A stretch of 32,000 nucleotides of DNA from Candidatus Karelsulcia muelleri (GCF_003214255.1 NZ_CP029011.1:1-32000), one strand, 5' to 3'. Counted from the first letter of the stretch, positions 9,346 to 20,860 are shown. The notes: generated from the letters alone by a model not told the origin. Translations and numbers: made by a program.

Positions 9346-10425
9346 ATGAAAATATTAAATACCCCATATTATGGAATTTATTTTGGTGAAGATTCTTATA
9401 TAAAAAAAAAGAATTTTTTTTTAAAAAATTTTTCTAAAAAAATACTTTTAGTAGATAATATTTCAAAAAAAAATTGTTTAAATTATTTTTTATCTAAAAT
9501 AGATTTTTTAAAAAAATATTATATAATAAATATTCCTTCAGGTGAAGAAAAAAAAAATATTGAAACTTGTAAAGTTATATGGAAAAAATTATTAGATATA
9601 AATGCAGATAGAAAAAGTCTTTTTTTTAATTTAGGAGGAGGAGTAATAACAGATTTGGGTGGATTTGCATGTTCAGTTTTTAAAAGAGGATTAAATTTTA
9701 TTAATATTCCTACTACTCTTCTGGGGATGATAGATGCCTCTATAGGTGGAAAAACAGCTATTAATTTTTTATCATTAAAAAATGAAATTGGATTATTTAA
9801 TTTTCCTAAAGGAGTTATAATCGATAATAATTTTTTAAAAACTTTATCAGAAAATGATCTGAAATCAGGATTTGCAGAAATAATGAAATATGGATTAATA
9901 TCAGATATTAATCTCTGGAAAAAAATAAAAAATTTGATTTTAAAAAAAAAAAAACTAATATATAGTTATAATTTAATTATAAATGCTATAAAAATAAAAA
10001 ATTCTATAATAGAAAAAGATCCTTTAGAAAAAGGATTAAGAAAAATTTTAAATTTTGGTCATACGATTGGACATGCAATAGAAAGTTATTTTATTTACAA
10101 TTTAAATAAAAAAATTTCTCATGGACATAGTATAGCTATAGGAATGATATGTGAATCTTGGATTTCATATAAAATGAAAATGATAACAAAAAAGGAATTT
10201 GAAGAAATAAATATGATAATCTCATTATTATATGATAATATCAAAATCTATAATTCACATATATCAAAAATAATAGATTTTATGAAACATGATAAAAAAA
10301 ATGAAAATAACAAAATTAAATTTTCTTTATTAAAAAAAATAGGATATTCTATTTTTAATAAAGAAGTAGATTTCTTTTTAATAAAAAAAAGTTTTCAAAA
10401 GACTAATATGATTAATTTAATTTAA
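9346..10425 (+). CDS. aroB: 3-dehydroquinate synthase (shikimate pathway step 2)
   Basis: The 359-aa ORF has GGGVITDLGGFACSVFKRGLNFINIPTTLLGMIDASIGGKTAIN, NFGHTIGHAIE and HGHSIAIGM. Confidence 0.9.
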   Translation: MKILNTPYYGIYFGEDSYIKKKNFFLKNFSKKILLVDNISKKNCLNYFLSKIDFLKKYYIINIPSGEEKKNIETCKVIWKKLLDINADRKSLFFNLGGGVITDLGGFACSVFKRGLNFINIPTTLLGMIDASIGGKTAINFLSLKNEIGLFNFPKGVIIDNNFLKTLSENDLKSGFAEIMKYGLISDINLWKKIKNLILKKKKLIYSYNLIINAIKIKNSIIEKDPLEKGLRKILNFGHTIGHAIESYFIYNLNKKISHGHSIAIGMICESWISYKMKMITKKEFEEINMIISLLYDNIKIYNSHISKIIDFMKHDKKNENNKIKFSLLKKIGYSIFNKEVDFFLIKKSFQKTNMINLI

Positions 10426-10443
10426 TTGAATTGAATTGAATGG
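10424..10443 (+). repeat. 5-bp tandem repeat (AATTG) x3 followed by AATGG
   Basis: The repeat spans the whole aroB-gyrA spacer. The last, variant unit carries the gyrA ATG at 10440. Confidence 0.9.
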
Positions 10444-11909
10444 AAAAAATTATTTCAATAAATCTTGAAGAGGAAATAAAAGCTTCATATATAGATTATT
10501 CTATGTCTGTTATTGTTTCTAGGGCACTTCCTGATGGAAAAGATGGCTTAAAACCTGTTCATAGACGAGTTTTATACGGAATGTATGAACAAGGAGCCTT
10601 TAATAAGAAAAATTATAGAAAATCTGCTAGAATTGTGGGTGATGTGTTAGGGAAATATCATCCTCATGGAGATAGTTCAGTATATGAGGCTATAGTAAGA
10701 ATGGCACAAAGTTGGTCTTTACGTTATCCTTTAATAGATGGTCAAGGGAATTTTGGATCTATAGATAATGATCCTCCTGCAGCAATGAGATATACTGAAA
10801 TTAAACTTCAAAAAGTCTCTGAAGAAATGTTATTTGATCTTAAAAAAGATACAGTAGATATAAAACTTAATTTTGATTCTTCTTGTAAAGAACCTATAGT
10901 ACTTCCAACTGTTATTCCGAATTTATTAATAAATGGCTCTTCAGGAATAGCAGTTGGAATTGCGACCAATATGCCTCCTCATAATATTGTAGAATCTATA
11001 AATGCTATTTGTTCTTATATAGAGAATACAGATATTTCGATAGAAGAACTTATGAAAGATATAATAGCTCCTGATTTTCCTACAGGTGGAATTATATATG
11101 GATATGAAGGTGTAAAAAAAGCTTTTTTAACAGGACGGGGCAAAATTTTATTAAGATCTAAAGTTTTTTTTGAAAAAATAGGCGGCTGTTATTGTTTAAT
11201 TATTAAAGAAATTCCTTATCAAATAAGGAAAGAAGATTTAATAAAAAAAACCCTTAAATTAATTAAAGAAGAAAAATTAGAAGGAATTTCTAAAATTAGA
11301 GATGAATCTGATAGAACTGGGATGAGAATAGTTTTTTATTTAAAAAAAAATGTTAATAAACATTTATTATTAAAAAATATTTTTAAATATACTCCTTTAG
11401 AAACAACATTTAGTGTTAATAATATAGCATTAGTTAATGGCAAACCAGTACAACTTAATTTAAAAGATATAATAAAACATTTTGTAAATCATAGACATGA
11501 AGTTATTATTAGAAGATCGAAATTTGATTTAAAAAATGCAAAAGAAAAAGCACATATAATAAAAGGTTTTTATTTAGTATTAGACAATATAGAAACTGTA
11601 ATTGAATTAATTAAATCTTCTAAAGAGAAAAATCATGCAAAAAAAAAATTATTAATTAAATTTAATTTATCAGAAAAACAAGTTAAAGCAATTTTAAATT
11701 TAAAATTAAATTCACTTACTAAATTAGAAAATGAAAAAATAAAAAAAGATTATTTAAAATTAAAAAAAGATATATCTTATTTTACTAATATAAAAACTGA
11801 TATTTTTTTTCAAAAAAAAATAATAAAAAAAGAATTAAAACAAATTAAAGAAAAATATGGAGATTTAAGACGTACCCAAATAGATTATTTAGGAATAAAA
11901 TCATCATGA
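10440..11909 (+). CDS. gyrA: DNA gyrase subunit A, N-terminal breakage-reunion domain only (C-terminal beta-pinwheel absent)
   Basis: The 489-aa ORF has [34 protein letters not shown], the active-site AAMRYTE and [14 protein letters not shown]. It ends at ..[18 protein letters not shown], which matches E. coli FGDKRRTEI near residue 500. The stop is TGA at 11907-11909, and rpsA starts 126 bp later. Confidence 0.9.
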   Translation: MEKIISINLEEEIKASYIDYSMSVIVSRALPDGKDGLKPVHRRVLYGMYEQGAFNKKNYRKSARIVGDVLGKYHPHGDSSVYEAIVRMAQSWSLRYPLIDGQGNFGSIDNDPPAAMRYTEIKLQKVSEEMLFDLKKDTVDIKLNFDSSCKEPIVLPTVIPNLLINGSSGIAVGIATNMPPHNIVESINAICSYIENTDISIEELMKDIIAPDFPTGGIIYGYEGVKKAFLTGRGKILLRSKVFFEKIGGCYCLIIKEIPYQIRKEDLIKKTLKLIKEEKLEGISKIRDESDRTGMRIVFYLKKNVNKHLLLKNIFKYTPLETTFSVNNIALVNGKPVQLNLKDIIKHFVNHRHEVIIRRSKFDLKNAKEKAHIIKGFYLVLDNIETVIELIKSSKEKNHAKKKLLIKFNLSEKQVKAILNLKLNSLTKLENEKIKKDYLKLKKDISYFTNIKTDIFFQKKIIKKELKQIKEKYGDLRRTQIDYLGIKSS

Positions 11910-12000
11910 TGCAGTTTAAAATTAATAAATTTAATCTTCTAAAGAAAATTAAAAAAAACAACTAAATTTTATTTTTAAAAAATTATTTATTATAATTAAT

Positions 12001-12037
12001 TAAAAAAACAGAATTATTATTAAAAAAACAGAATTAT
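12001..12037 (+). repeat. Period-20 direct duplication TAAAAAAACAGAATTAT x2
   Basis: Copies lie at 12001-12017 and 12021-12037. The second copy ends in the rpsA ATG (12036). Confidence 0.9.
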
Positions 12038-13964
12038 GTCTAATAAAAAAAAAAAAATTTCTTCAAGTTTAGAAGATATAATGAATTTAAATAAAAATGT
12101 TAAATTATCAGATTTTGATTGGAGTTCTTATGAAGTATCTTTTAGTAAAAAAGAAATAAAAAAAAGAAAAAAACTTGAAAAGTTATATACTGAAAATTTA
12201 CAAAGAATAGAGGAATTTTATATTTATAAAGGAAAAATAATTCAATTAATTGATAGAAATGTTATTCTCGATATTGGATTTAAAGCTGAAGGTTTAATCC
12301 CTTTTAATGAATTTCGTGAAAATAAAAAATTTCCTAAAATAAATGATATTATTGAAGTAATTGTAGAAAAATTGGATTATAAAGGGAAATTAATTATATC
12401 TTATAATAAAGCAAAAAAATTAAAATCTTGGGAAAGGATTCAAAATTCTTGGAAAAAAAATGAAATAATAATATTTTTTGTGACTGCTCGTACTAAAGGT
12501 GGTCTAATAGTAGTTTTCTTTGGAATTGAATGTTTTTTACCAGGCTCTCAAATAGAGAAAAAGCCTGTAAAAGATTTTGATTATTATGTAGGCCAAACAA
12601 TGGAGGGAAAAATAGTAAAAATAAATAATAAAACAAAAAATGTGGTTGTTTCACATAAAATTTTATTAGAAAAAGATCTTGAAAAGAAAAAATTAATTTC
12701 TCAATTAGAAAAAGGTCAAATATTAATAGGAATAGTAAAAAATTTAACCCATTATGGGAGTTTTATAGATGTAGGTGGTGGAATAGATGGATTATGTCAT
12801 ATTACAGATATTAGTTGGGAAAGAATAGACCATCCTTCAGAAAAATTAGAAGTTGGACAAATAATTAATTTTGTGATTTTATCAATTGATCAAATTAAAA
12901 ATAGAGTTCAACTGGGATTAAAACAGTTACAAACTAATCCTTGGATTCATTTCGAAAAAAAACTAAAAAAAGGAAAAGTATTAATAGGGACAGTTAGTGT
13001 GGTAACAGATTATGGAGCTTTTGTAGAACTTTTTCCAGGTGTAGAAGGATTAGTTCATGTATCTGAAATGTCTTGGCATCAACAATTAAAATCTGCAAAA
13101 AATTTTGTAAAAATTGGAGAAAAAGTAAAAATTTTAATCTTAAATTTAGAGCATTCAGCTCAAAAAATGTCTTTAAGCATGAAGAGACTTTCTCCAGATC
13201 CTTGGGAAAATATAGAAAATAAATATCCATTAGGGACGAGAAATATTGGTACTGTTAAAAGTTTTACTAATTGTGGCGTTCGGTTAGAATTGGAACCTGG
13301 AATAGAAGGGTTATTATATAATTCTGATATTTCATGGACAGAAAAAATAAAATCTGGATTAGATATTTATAAAAAAGGAGATTTAGTTCAACTAATTGTG
13401 TTAGGTTTAGATGTAATGACACGAAAACTGAATTTTGGTTGTAAACAATTAACAAAAAATCCTTGGGAAAACCTTGAACAAATATTTCCGATAGGAAGTA
13501 TCCAGATTGGAAAAATTATAAAATTTTTTTCTAAAGGAGTAATAGTTAAATTTAATGAAACTACTATATGTGCTTTTGCACCTCTTGGGTTTCTAATTAA
13601 AAAATCTGGGATACTATTAAAACCATTTGAAGAAGCAGAATTTAAAATTCTAGAATTAGAAAAAAATTATCAAAGATTTTTTGTATCTCATTCTTCTATA
13701 TTTACAAAATATGTACCAAAAATAAAAAAAGAAAAATCCTCTCCCTCTAAATCTAAATTTGAGTTAGAGGAAGAAGAGGAAGATGAAAATCTGTTTTTTT
13801 TTAAAAAAAATAGAAAAATTAAAAATAAAAATAAAAAACTTAAACTTAAACTCTCTAAAAGAGCTAAAAAAAATAAAAAAAATAAAAAAAATAAAAAAAA
13901 TAAAAAAAAGAAAAAAAATAAAATAATTAAATTTATTTATGTTAATTACTTTAAAAATAGATAA
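12036..13964 (+). CDS. rpsA: 30S ribosomal protein S1 with a K-rich C-terminal tail
   Basis: The 642-aa ORF has repeated S1 OB-fold modules (GxIxxGxVxxxxxxGxFVxLxxGxEGLxHxSExSW patterns, for example YGAFVELFPGVEGLVHVSEMSW). The tail contains KNKKNKKNKKNK. Confidence 0.9.
   Translation: MSNKKKKISSSLEDIMNLNKNVKLSDFDWSSYEVSFSKKEIKKRKKLEKLYTENLQRIEEFYIYKGKIIQLIDRNVILDIGFKAEGLIPFNEFRENKKFPKINDIIEVIVEKLDYKGKLIISYNKAKKLKSWERIQNSWKKNEIIIFFVTARTKGGLIVVFFGIECFLPGSQIEKKPVKDFDYYVGQTMEGKIVKINNKTKNVVVSHKILLEKDLEKKKLISQLEKGQILIGIVKNLTHYGSFIDVGGGIDGLCHITDISWERIDHPSEKLEVGQIINFVILSIDQIKNRVQLGLKQLQTNPWIHFEKKLKKGKVLIGTVSVVTDYGAFVELFPGVEGLVHVSEMSWHQQLKSAKNFVKIGEKVKILILNLEHSAQKMSLSMKRLSPDPWENIENKYPLGTRNIGTVKSFTNCGVRLELEPGIEGLLYNSDISWTEKIKSGLDIYKKGDLVQLIVLGLDVMTRKLNFGCKQLTKNPWENLEQIFPIGSIQIGKIIKFFSKGVIVKFNETTICAFAPLGFLIKKSGILLKPFEEAEFKILELEKNYQRFFVSHSSIFTKYVPKIKKEKSSPSKSKFELEEEEEDENLFFFKKNRKIKNKNKKLKLKLSKRAKKNKKNKKNKKNKKKKKNKIIKFIYVNYFKNR
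13866..13919 (+). repeat. 9-bp tandem repeat (AAAAAAAAT/G) x6 in the rpsA tail
   Basis: The non-A base recurs every 9 nt at 13874, 13883, 13892, 13901, 13910 and 13919. The repeat encodes the KNKKNKKNKKNKKKKKNK-type tail. Confidence 0.85.
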
Positions 13965-14583
13965 TTATATTAATAAAAATTTTAAAAAGGAATTAAAATA
14001 CTTAGTATTATTAAGACATGAAACCTTGTTAAAAACACATTATTCAAAAATGTCTATAACTCCTTATGAAGGAAGGTTATTAAGTCTAATTTCAAAATTA
14101 GTTAATCCAAAACTAATATTAGAAATAGGAACTTTTACTGGATATTCAACTCTTTGTTTAGCAGAAGGATTAAAAAAAGAAGGAAAATTAATTACAATTG
14201 AAAAAAATAAAAATTGGAAAATTATTTCTGATAAATATTTTCATTTGTCTCCTTTTTCTAAAAAAATCTCCTCCCTACAGGGAGATGCACTGAAAATAAT
14301 TCCCAATTTAAATCTTAAAAAAATTGATTTAGTTTTTATAGATGCTGATAAAAAAAATTATTCAAATTATTTTGATCTTGTCATTTCTAAAATGAATAGT
14401 GGAGGAATTATTTTATCAGATAATGTGCTTTGGCATGGCAAACTATTTAATAATATAGAAAATTATGATAAAATTTCAAAATATATAAATATTTATAATA
14501 AAAAACTTTCCCAAGATCTAAGAATAGAGAATATAATTATTCCAATAAGAGATGGGTTAAGTTTATCTTTTGTAAAAATATAA
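13939..14583 (+). CDS. Class I SAM-dependent O-methyltransferase (family 3; caffeoyl-CoA OMT / YrrM-TrmR-like)
   Basis: The 214-aa ORF has the SAM motif ILEIGTFTGYSTLCLAEGL, the metal/substrate motif VFIDADKKNY and SDNVLWHG. Its 5' end overlaps the rpsA tail by 26 bp. Confidence 0.75.
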   Translation: MLITLKIDNYINKNFKKELKYLVLLRHETLLKTHYSKMSITPYEGRLLSLISKLVNPKLILEIGTFTGYSTLCLAEGLKKEGKLITIEKNKNWKIISDKYFHLSPFSKKISSLQGDALKIIPNLNLKKIDLVFIDADKKNYSNYFDLVISKMNSGGIILSDNVLWHGKLFNNIENYDKISKYINIYNKKLSQDLRIENIIIPIRDGLSLSFVKI

Positions 14584-14591
14584 TTAATGAA

Positions 14592-15833
14592 ATGAATATT
14601 CCAAATACAAATTTAAAAAGAGTTGTAATTATTGGATCAGGGTTTGGTGGCTTACAAGTAGCTTATAAATTAAATAGAAAATTTTTCCAAATTGTTTTGA
14701 TAGATAAAAATAATTATCATACCTTCCAACCTCTTTTATATCAAGTGGCTACATTTGGTTTGGAACCTGATTCTATAGCAAAATCTATAAGAACAATTCT
14801 AAATAATTATTATAATTTTTTTTTCCGTTTAGCTAAAGTAAATTTTATAGATCTAAAAACTCAAATTATATTCTCAAATATGGGAGAATTATATTATGAT
14901 TATTTAATTTTAGCTACTGGCTCTAAAACAAATTTTTTTGGAAAAAAAAATATTGAAAAATTTGCCTTACCAATGAAAACTCTTGAGGAAGCTTTAAATT
15001 TACGTAATTGTATTTTACAAAGGTTTGAATCTGCTTTATACGAAACAAATTATAAAAAACAATGTTTATTAATGAATTTTGTTATTGTGGGGGGGGGGCC
15101 AACAGGAGTAGAATTAGCAGGGTCATTAGCAGAATTCAAATCTTCAATCTTTCCTAAAGATTATCCAGAATTAGATAATAAAAAAATAAAGATTCATTTA
15201 ATTCAAGCTACTAAAAGATTATTAGATGGAATGTCAGAATCTTCTTCTAAAAAAGCATTAAAATATTTAAAAAATATGGGGGTAAATGTTTGGTTAAATA
15301 ATCCTGTAAAAGATTATGATGGAAAAATTTTATCGACAAATAAAGGAAAATTAAAATCAATTAATGTTATTTGGACAGCAGGTGTTAAAGGGGCTTTAAT
15401 TAAAGGATTAAAAAAAAAATATTTAGCCAATAATAGAATTCAGGTAGATTGTTTTAATAAAGTTAAAGGGGAAAAAAATTTATTTGCAATAGGAGATGTA
15501 GCAGTTATGAAACCAAATGGACATCCCATGATAGCACTTCCTGCTATGAAACAAGGAATTCATTTAGCAAAAAATTTTAATAGATTTTTTTCTAAAAAAC
15601 AATTAATTCCTTTTAATTATCACAATAAAATTACAATGGCAATTATAGGGAGAAATAAGGCCGTTTGTGATATTTTTTTTTTAAAAATAAGTGGATTTTT
15701 TGCATGGCTTATTTGGATGTCTATACATTTAATTAAAATCGTAGGGTTTAGAAATAAACTTTTAACATTAATAAATTGGGGGACCCAATATATAAATTAT
15801 AATAAAAGTATTAGATTAATAATTAACTATTAA
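14592..15833 (+). CDS. ndh: Type II NADH:quinone oxidoreductase (NDH-2)
   Basis: The 413-aa ORF has two Rossmann motifs, [12 protein letters not shown] and [14 protein letters not shown], plus FAIGDVA. A hydrophobic C-terminal segment is present. Confidence 0.85.
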   Translation: MNIPNTNLKRVVIIGSGFGGLQVAYKLNRKFFQIVLIDKNNYHTFQPLLYQVATFGLEPDSIAKSIRTILNNYYNFFFRLAKVNFIDLKTQIIFSNMGELYYDYLILATGSKTNFFGKKNIEKFALPMKTLEEALNLRNCILQRFESALYETNYKKQCLLMNFVIVGGGPTGVELAGSLAEFKSSIFPKDYPELDNKKIKIHLIQATKRLLDGMSESSSKKALKYLKNMGVNVWLNNPVKDYDGKILSTNKGKLKSINVIWTAGVKGALIKGLKKKYLANNRIQVDCFNKVKGEKNLFAIGDVAVMKPNGHPMIALPAMKQGIHLAKNFNRFFSKKQLIPFNYHNKITMAIIGRNKAVCDIFFLKISGFFAWLIWMSIHLIKIVGFRNKLLTLINWGTQYINYNKSIRLIINY

Positions 15834-17035
15834 TATTTAATTAAATTTATAGATTTAATAGATTTTCTAGATTTAATAGATTGAAAAAATTCTTTATTAT
15901 TTTTTGTTTTCATTAAACGTGTTTTGATAAAATCAATTGCCTCGACAGACGTCATTTCAGCCAGAAGTTTTCTTATAAGAAACATTTTATTTAAATTGTA
16001 TTTAGTTAATAAAAATTCTTCTTTTCTTGTACTAGAAGCATTCAAATCTATAGCTGGAAAAATTCTTTTATTCGCAATTTTTCTATCTAATTGTAATTCC
16101 ATATTTCCTGTTCCTTTAAATTCTTCAAAAATTACTTCATCCATTTTTGAGCCCGTTTCTATTATTGCAGTAGCAATTATAGAAAGAGAACCTCCATATT
16201 CAATATTTCTAGCTGCACCAAAGAATCTTTTAGGTTTTTGCAAAGCATTAGAATCTACACCTCCTGATAAAATTTTTCCAGATGTAGGAGATACCGTATT
16301 ATATGCTCGTGCTAATCGTGTTATAGAATCTAATAAAATTACTACATCATGTCCACATTCAACCATTCTTTTTGCTTTTTGTAAAACAATATTAGCTACT
16401 TTTACATGTTTTTCTGCTGGTTCATCAAAAGTAGAGTATACTACTTCGCCATTAACATTTCTTTGCATATCTGTTACTTCTTCTGGTCTTTCATCTATTA
16501 AAAGAATTATTAAATATACTTCTGGATGATTAGAAGCAATTGTATTGGCTATTTCTTTTAATAAAGTCGTTTTCCCAGTTTTAGGAGGTGCTACTATAAT
16601 TCCTCTTTGCCCCTTTCCTAAAGGAGAAAATAAATCTACAATTCTTGTAGAAAGAGTTACTTTTCTTTTTGAAATTTTAAATTTTTCATTTGGAAATAAT
16701 GGAGTTAACTTTTTAAAAGATTTTATTTTTATTACAGAAGTAGGAAATCGTCCATTTATTTGAAATATTCTTTTCAAAGGAAAATATTTTTCTCCTTTTT
16801 TTGTATTTGGAGTTCGTACTTCTCCTCTGATAGTATCACCTGTTTTAATTCTAAAAAGTCTTATTTGAGATTGTGAAACGTAAACATCCTTAGATGAGGA
16901 TAAATAATTAGTATAAGAAGATCTTAAAAAGCCATACTTGTCTGTCATCGTTTCTAATACTCCTTCACTAACTACTATTCCTTCATATTTAAATGGATAA
17001 ATTTTATTGGTTTTTTTTTCAGTTATATCAAACAT
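15830..17035 (-). CDS. rho: Transcription termination factor Rho (short N-terminus)
   Basis: The 401-aa ORF is near-colinear with E. coli Rho: [44 protein letters not shown] and [12 protein letters not shown]. Confidence 0.95.
   Translation of the reverse strand: MFDITEKKTNKIYPFKYEGIVVSEGVLETMTDKYGFLRSSYTNYLSSSKDVYVSQSQIRLFRIKTGDTIRGEVRTPNTKKGEKYFPLKRIFQINGRFPTSVIKIKSFKKLTPLFPNEKFKISKRKVTLSTRIVDLFSPLGKGQRGIIVAPPKTGKTTLLKEIANTIASNHPEVYLIILLIDERPEEVTDMQRNVNGEVVYSTFDEPAEKHVKVANIVLQKAKRMVECGHDVVILLDSITRLARAYNTVSPTSGKILSGGVDSNALQKPKRFFGAARNIEYGGSLSIIATAIIETGSKMDEVIFEEFKGTGNMELQLDRKIANKRIFPAIDLNASSTRKEEFLLTKYNLNKMFLIRKLLAEMTSVEAIDFIKTRLMKTKNNKEFFQSIKSRKSIKSINLIKY
15851..15886 (-). repeat. Imperfect 18-bp tandem duplication in the rho 3' end
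   Basis: AGATTTAATAGATT recurs at 15851-15864 and 15869-15882. It encodes the duplicated KSIKS in the C-terminal ..[16 protein letters not shown]. Confidence 0.75.
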
Positions 17036-17069
17036 AATTTTATATATATTTAAAATTTATAAAAATAAA

Positions 17070-18140
17070 ATGAATGAAATTTTTTTTTCAAAAAAAATTA
17101 AAATTTTTAAAAAAAAATTTAATTCCCTTTCTAAGTTAATTATAATTAGTACTCCGGAAATAATAAAAAATTATAAAAAATATATTCTTATTTATAAAGA
17201 ATATAAATTTTTATATAAAATAATTAATTATTATAATAATTTAAAAAAAAATAAAACCAATATTAAAGAAATAGAAAATCTTTTAAAAAAAGATTCAGAA
17301 TTATTAGAATTAGCTTTTTTGGAGAAAAAAAATCTTTTTTTAGAAAAAAAAAATATTTTAAACAAAATAGAAAATCTTTTAAATTTAAATTTAAATTTAA
17401 AGAAAAAAAATTATAACAAAATTTTAATGGAATTAAGAGCAGGCACTGGAGGTGATGAAGCTTGTATCTTTGTAGAAGATATATTTAGAATGTATACTCT
17501 TTATTTTAAAGAATTAGGTTGTAAATATGATATATTAAATATGCAACAAGGATCAATAAAAGGATATAAAGAAATCATATTAGAAATAGAAGGAAAAAAT
17601 GTTTATGACAAATTAAAATTTGAATCAGGTGTTCATAGAGTTCAGAGAATCCCATATACTGAATCACAAGGTAGATTACATACATCTGCAATAACAGTAG
17701 CTGTTATTCCAGAAAATTATTACAAGAATAATATAAAAATAGTTTTATCAGATATAAAAAGAGAGACTTTTAAAGCTAGTGGCGCAGGAGGTCAACATGT
17801 TAATAAAACAGAATCTGCAATTCGTTTAACTCATATTCCTACTGGAATAGTAGCAGAATGTCAAGAAGAACGATCACAACATAAAAATTATGAAAAAGCA
17901 ATTAAAGTTTTACGTGCTAGAATTTATAATTCAGAATTTAAAAAAAAAAATGAACTTCTTTCTAAAAAAAGAAAATCTCTTATTTCGACAGGAGAAAGAT
18001 CAGAAAAAATAAGAACCTATAATTATCCTCAAGGAAGGGTAACAGATCATAGGATTAATAAATCCATTTATTATTTAGATCATTTTATGAATGGCAAATT
18101 AAATGAAATGATTACAGCTCTTCAAATTCTTGAAAAATAA
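17070..18140 (+). CDS. prfA: Peptide chain release factor 1
   Basis: Motifs are [29 protein letters not shown] (the PxT tripeptide position typical of RF1) and [24 protein letters not shown] start at the ATG at 17070 (MNEIFF..) because the 17007 ORF start would overlap the divergent rho start. Confidence 0.9.
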   Translation: MNEIFFSKKIKIFKKKFNSLSKLIIISTPEIIKNYKKYILIYKEYKFLYKIINYYNNLKKNKTNIKEIENLLKKDSELLELAFLEKKNLFLEKKNILNKIENLLNLNLNLKKKNYNKILMELRAGTGGDEACIFVEDIFRMYTLYFKELGCKYDILNMQQGSIKGYKEIILEIEGKNVYDKLKFESGVHRVQRIPYTESQGRLHTSAITVAVIPENYYKNNIKIVLSDIKRETFKASGAGGQHVNKTESAIRLTHIPTGIVAECQEERSQHKNYEKAIKVLRARIYNSEFKKKNELLSKKRKSLISTGERSEKIRTYNYPQGRVTDHRINKSIYYLDHFMNGKLNEMITALQILEK

Positions 18141-18262
18141 TTTGAATTTTTTTTTAATGTTAAAAAAATTTTTAGGGTTTATATTATTTTTATTAATAAG
18201 TTTTTCTGGTTTTTGGTGTATAATATTTTTTTTAATAATAATTCCATATTGGATAATTTTTT

Positions 18263-18338
18263 TTTTGAAAAAATAGAAAAAAAAACAAAAGAAACTATTT
18301 TTTTGAAAAAATAGAAAAAAAAACAAAAGAAACTATTT
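18263..18338 (+). repeat. Perfect 38-bp tandem duplication upstream of aroQ
   Basis: TTTTGAAAAAATAGAAAAAAAAACAAAAGAAACTATTT occurs at 18263-18300 and again at 18301-18338. A third, internally deleted copy starts at 18339. Confidence 0.9.
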
Positions 18339-18394
18339 TTTTGAAACAAAAGAAAAAAAAAGTTTATAAAAAAAAACAAATAAAAAAAAAACAA

Positions 18395-18825
18395 ATGAAA
18401 AAAATAGCTATTATAAATGGTCCAAATTTAAATCTTTTAGGTAAAAGAGAACCCAAAATATATGGTAAAAAAAACATTGAAATTTTTATTAATCTTTTAA
18501 AAAAATCTATTAAAAATAAAAATATTGCAAAAATTTACTTTTATCAAAGTAATCATGAAGGGGAAATTATTGATATAATTCATAATATCGGGTTTGAATA
18601 CAATGGAATTGTTATAAATCCAGGTGCATATACTCATACTTCTTTAGCAATAGCAGATGCTATCAAATCTGTGTCAAGCCCGGTTATTGAAGTTCATATT
18701 ACAAATATTTTTTCTAGAGAAAAAATTAGAAAGAAATCATTTATAACAGAAGTTTGTCAAGGCAGTATATTTGGATTTGGTCTTAATTCTTATGAATTAG
18801 GAATAATTAGTTTATTAACTTTTTT

Positions 18826-18829
<4 letters not shown>
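18395..18829 (+). CDS. aroQ: Type II 3-dehydroquinate dehydratase (shikimate pathway step 3)
   Basis: Motifs are MKKIAIINGPNLNLLGKREPKIYG, QSNHEGEIID, INPGAYTHTS and PVIEVHITN. I prefer the ATG at 18395 to the TTG at 18341, which only adds a poly-K leader. Confidence 0.9.
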
Positions 18830-20858
<2,029 letters not shown>

Positions 20859-20860
20859 TT

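Noticed and set aside
11907-11940. UGA-to-Trp recoding (code 4) as an explanation for the short gyrA and for TGA stops seen alongside only RF1 in the window.
   Set aside because: Conserved Trp positions use TGG, for example the valS WWGH motif near 4786-4794. No conserved gene is interrupted by TGA under code 11. Reading through the gyrA TGA adds only about 10 codons before a TAA. Four of the six TGA stops sit in ATGA overlaps. Whether prfB is present cannot be judged from this window, so recoding is unsupported but not formally excluded.
12994-13455. Two minus-strand ORFs (78 aa and 62 aa) inside rpsA.
   Set aside because: They are antisense to well-supported S1 domains, short and without motifs.
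15924-16763. Plus-strand ORFs of 201 aa and 72 aa, antisense to rho.
   Set aside because: They lie entirely within the highly conserved and relatively GC-richer rho motor domain, where stops on the opposite strand are rare. Their sequences are hydrophobic and low-information, with no family resemblance.
17007-17069. An upstream start for prfA that would give a 377-aa product.
   Set aside because: It would overlap the divergent rho start codon region and adds 21 residues with no RF1 homology. The ATG at 17070 gives a typical RF1 length.
18214-18224. TGGTGTATAAT, an extended -10-like promoter element in the prfA-aroQ spacer; I also looked for Bacteroidota-type TAnnTTTG motifs.
   Set aside because: TATAAT-like hexamers are expected by chance many times in DNA this AT-rich. 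This one lies about 170 bp from the aroQ ATG. No promoter call can be supported from sequence alone.
18099-18394. Two minus-strand ORFs (75 aa and 71 aa) in the prfA-aroQ spacer.
   Set aside because: They are pure poly-F/K low-complexity translations of the A/T-rich spacer and its 38-bp repeats. They overlap each other in different frames and show no sign of coding.
18341-18394. A TTG start for aroQ that adds an 18-aa poly-K leader.
   Set aside because: It lies within the decayed third copy of the 38-bp repeat. Type II dehydroquinases start right at the ..IxxINGPNLNLLG motif, which follows the ATG at 18395.
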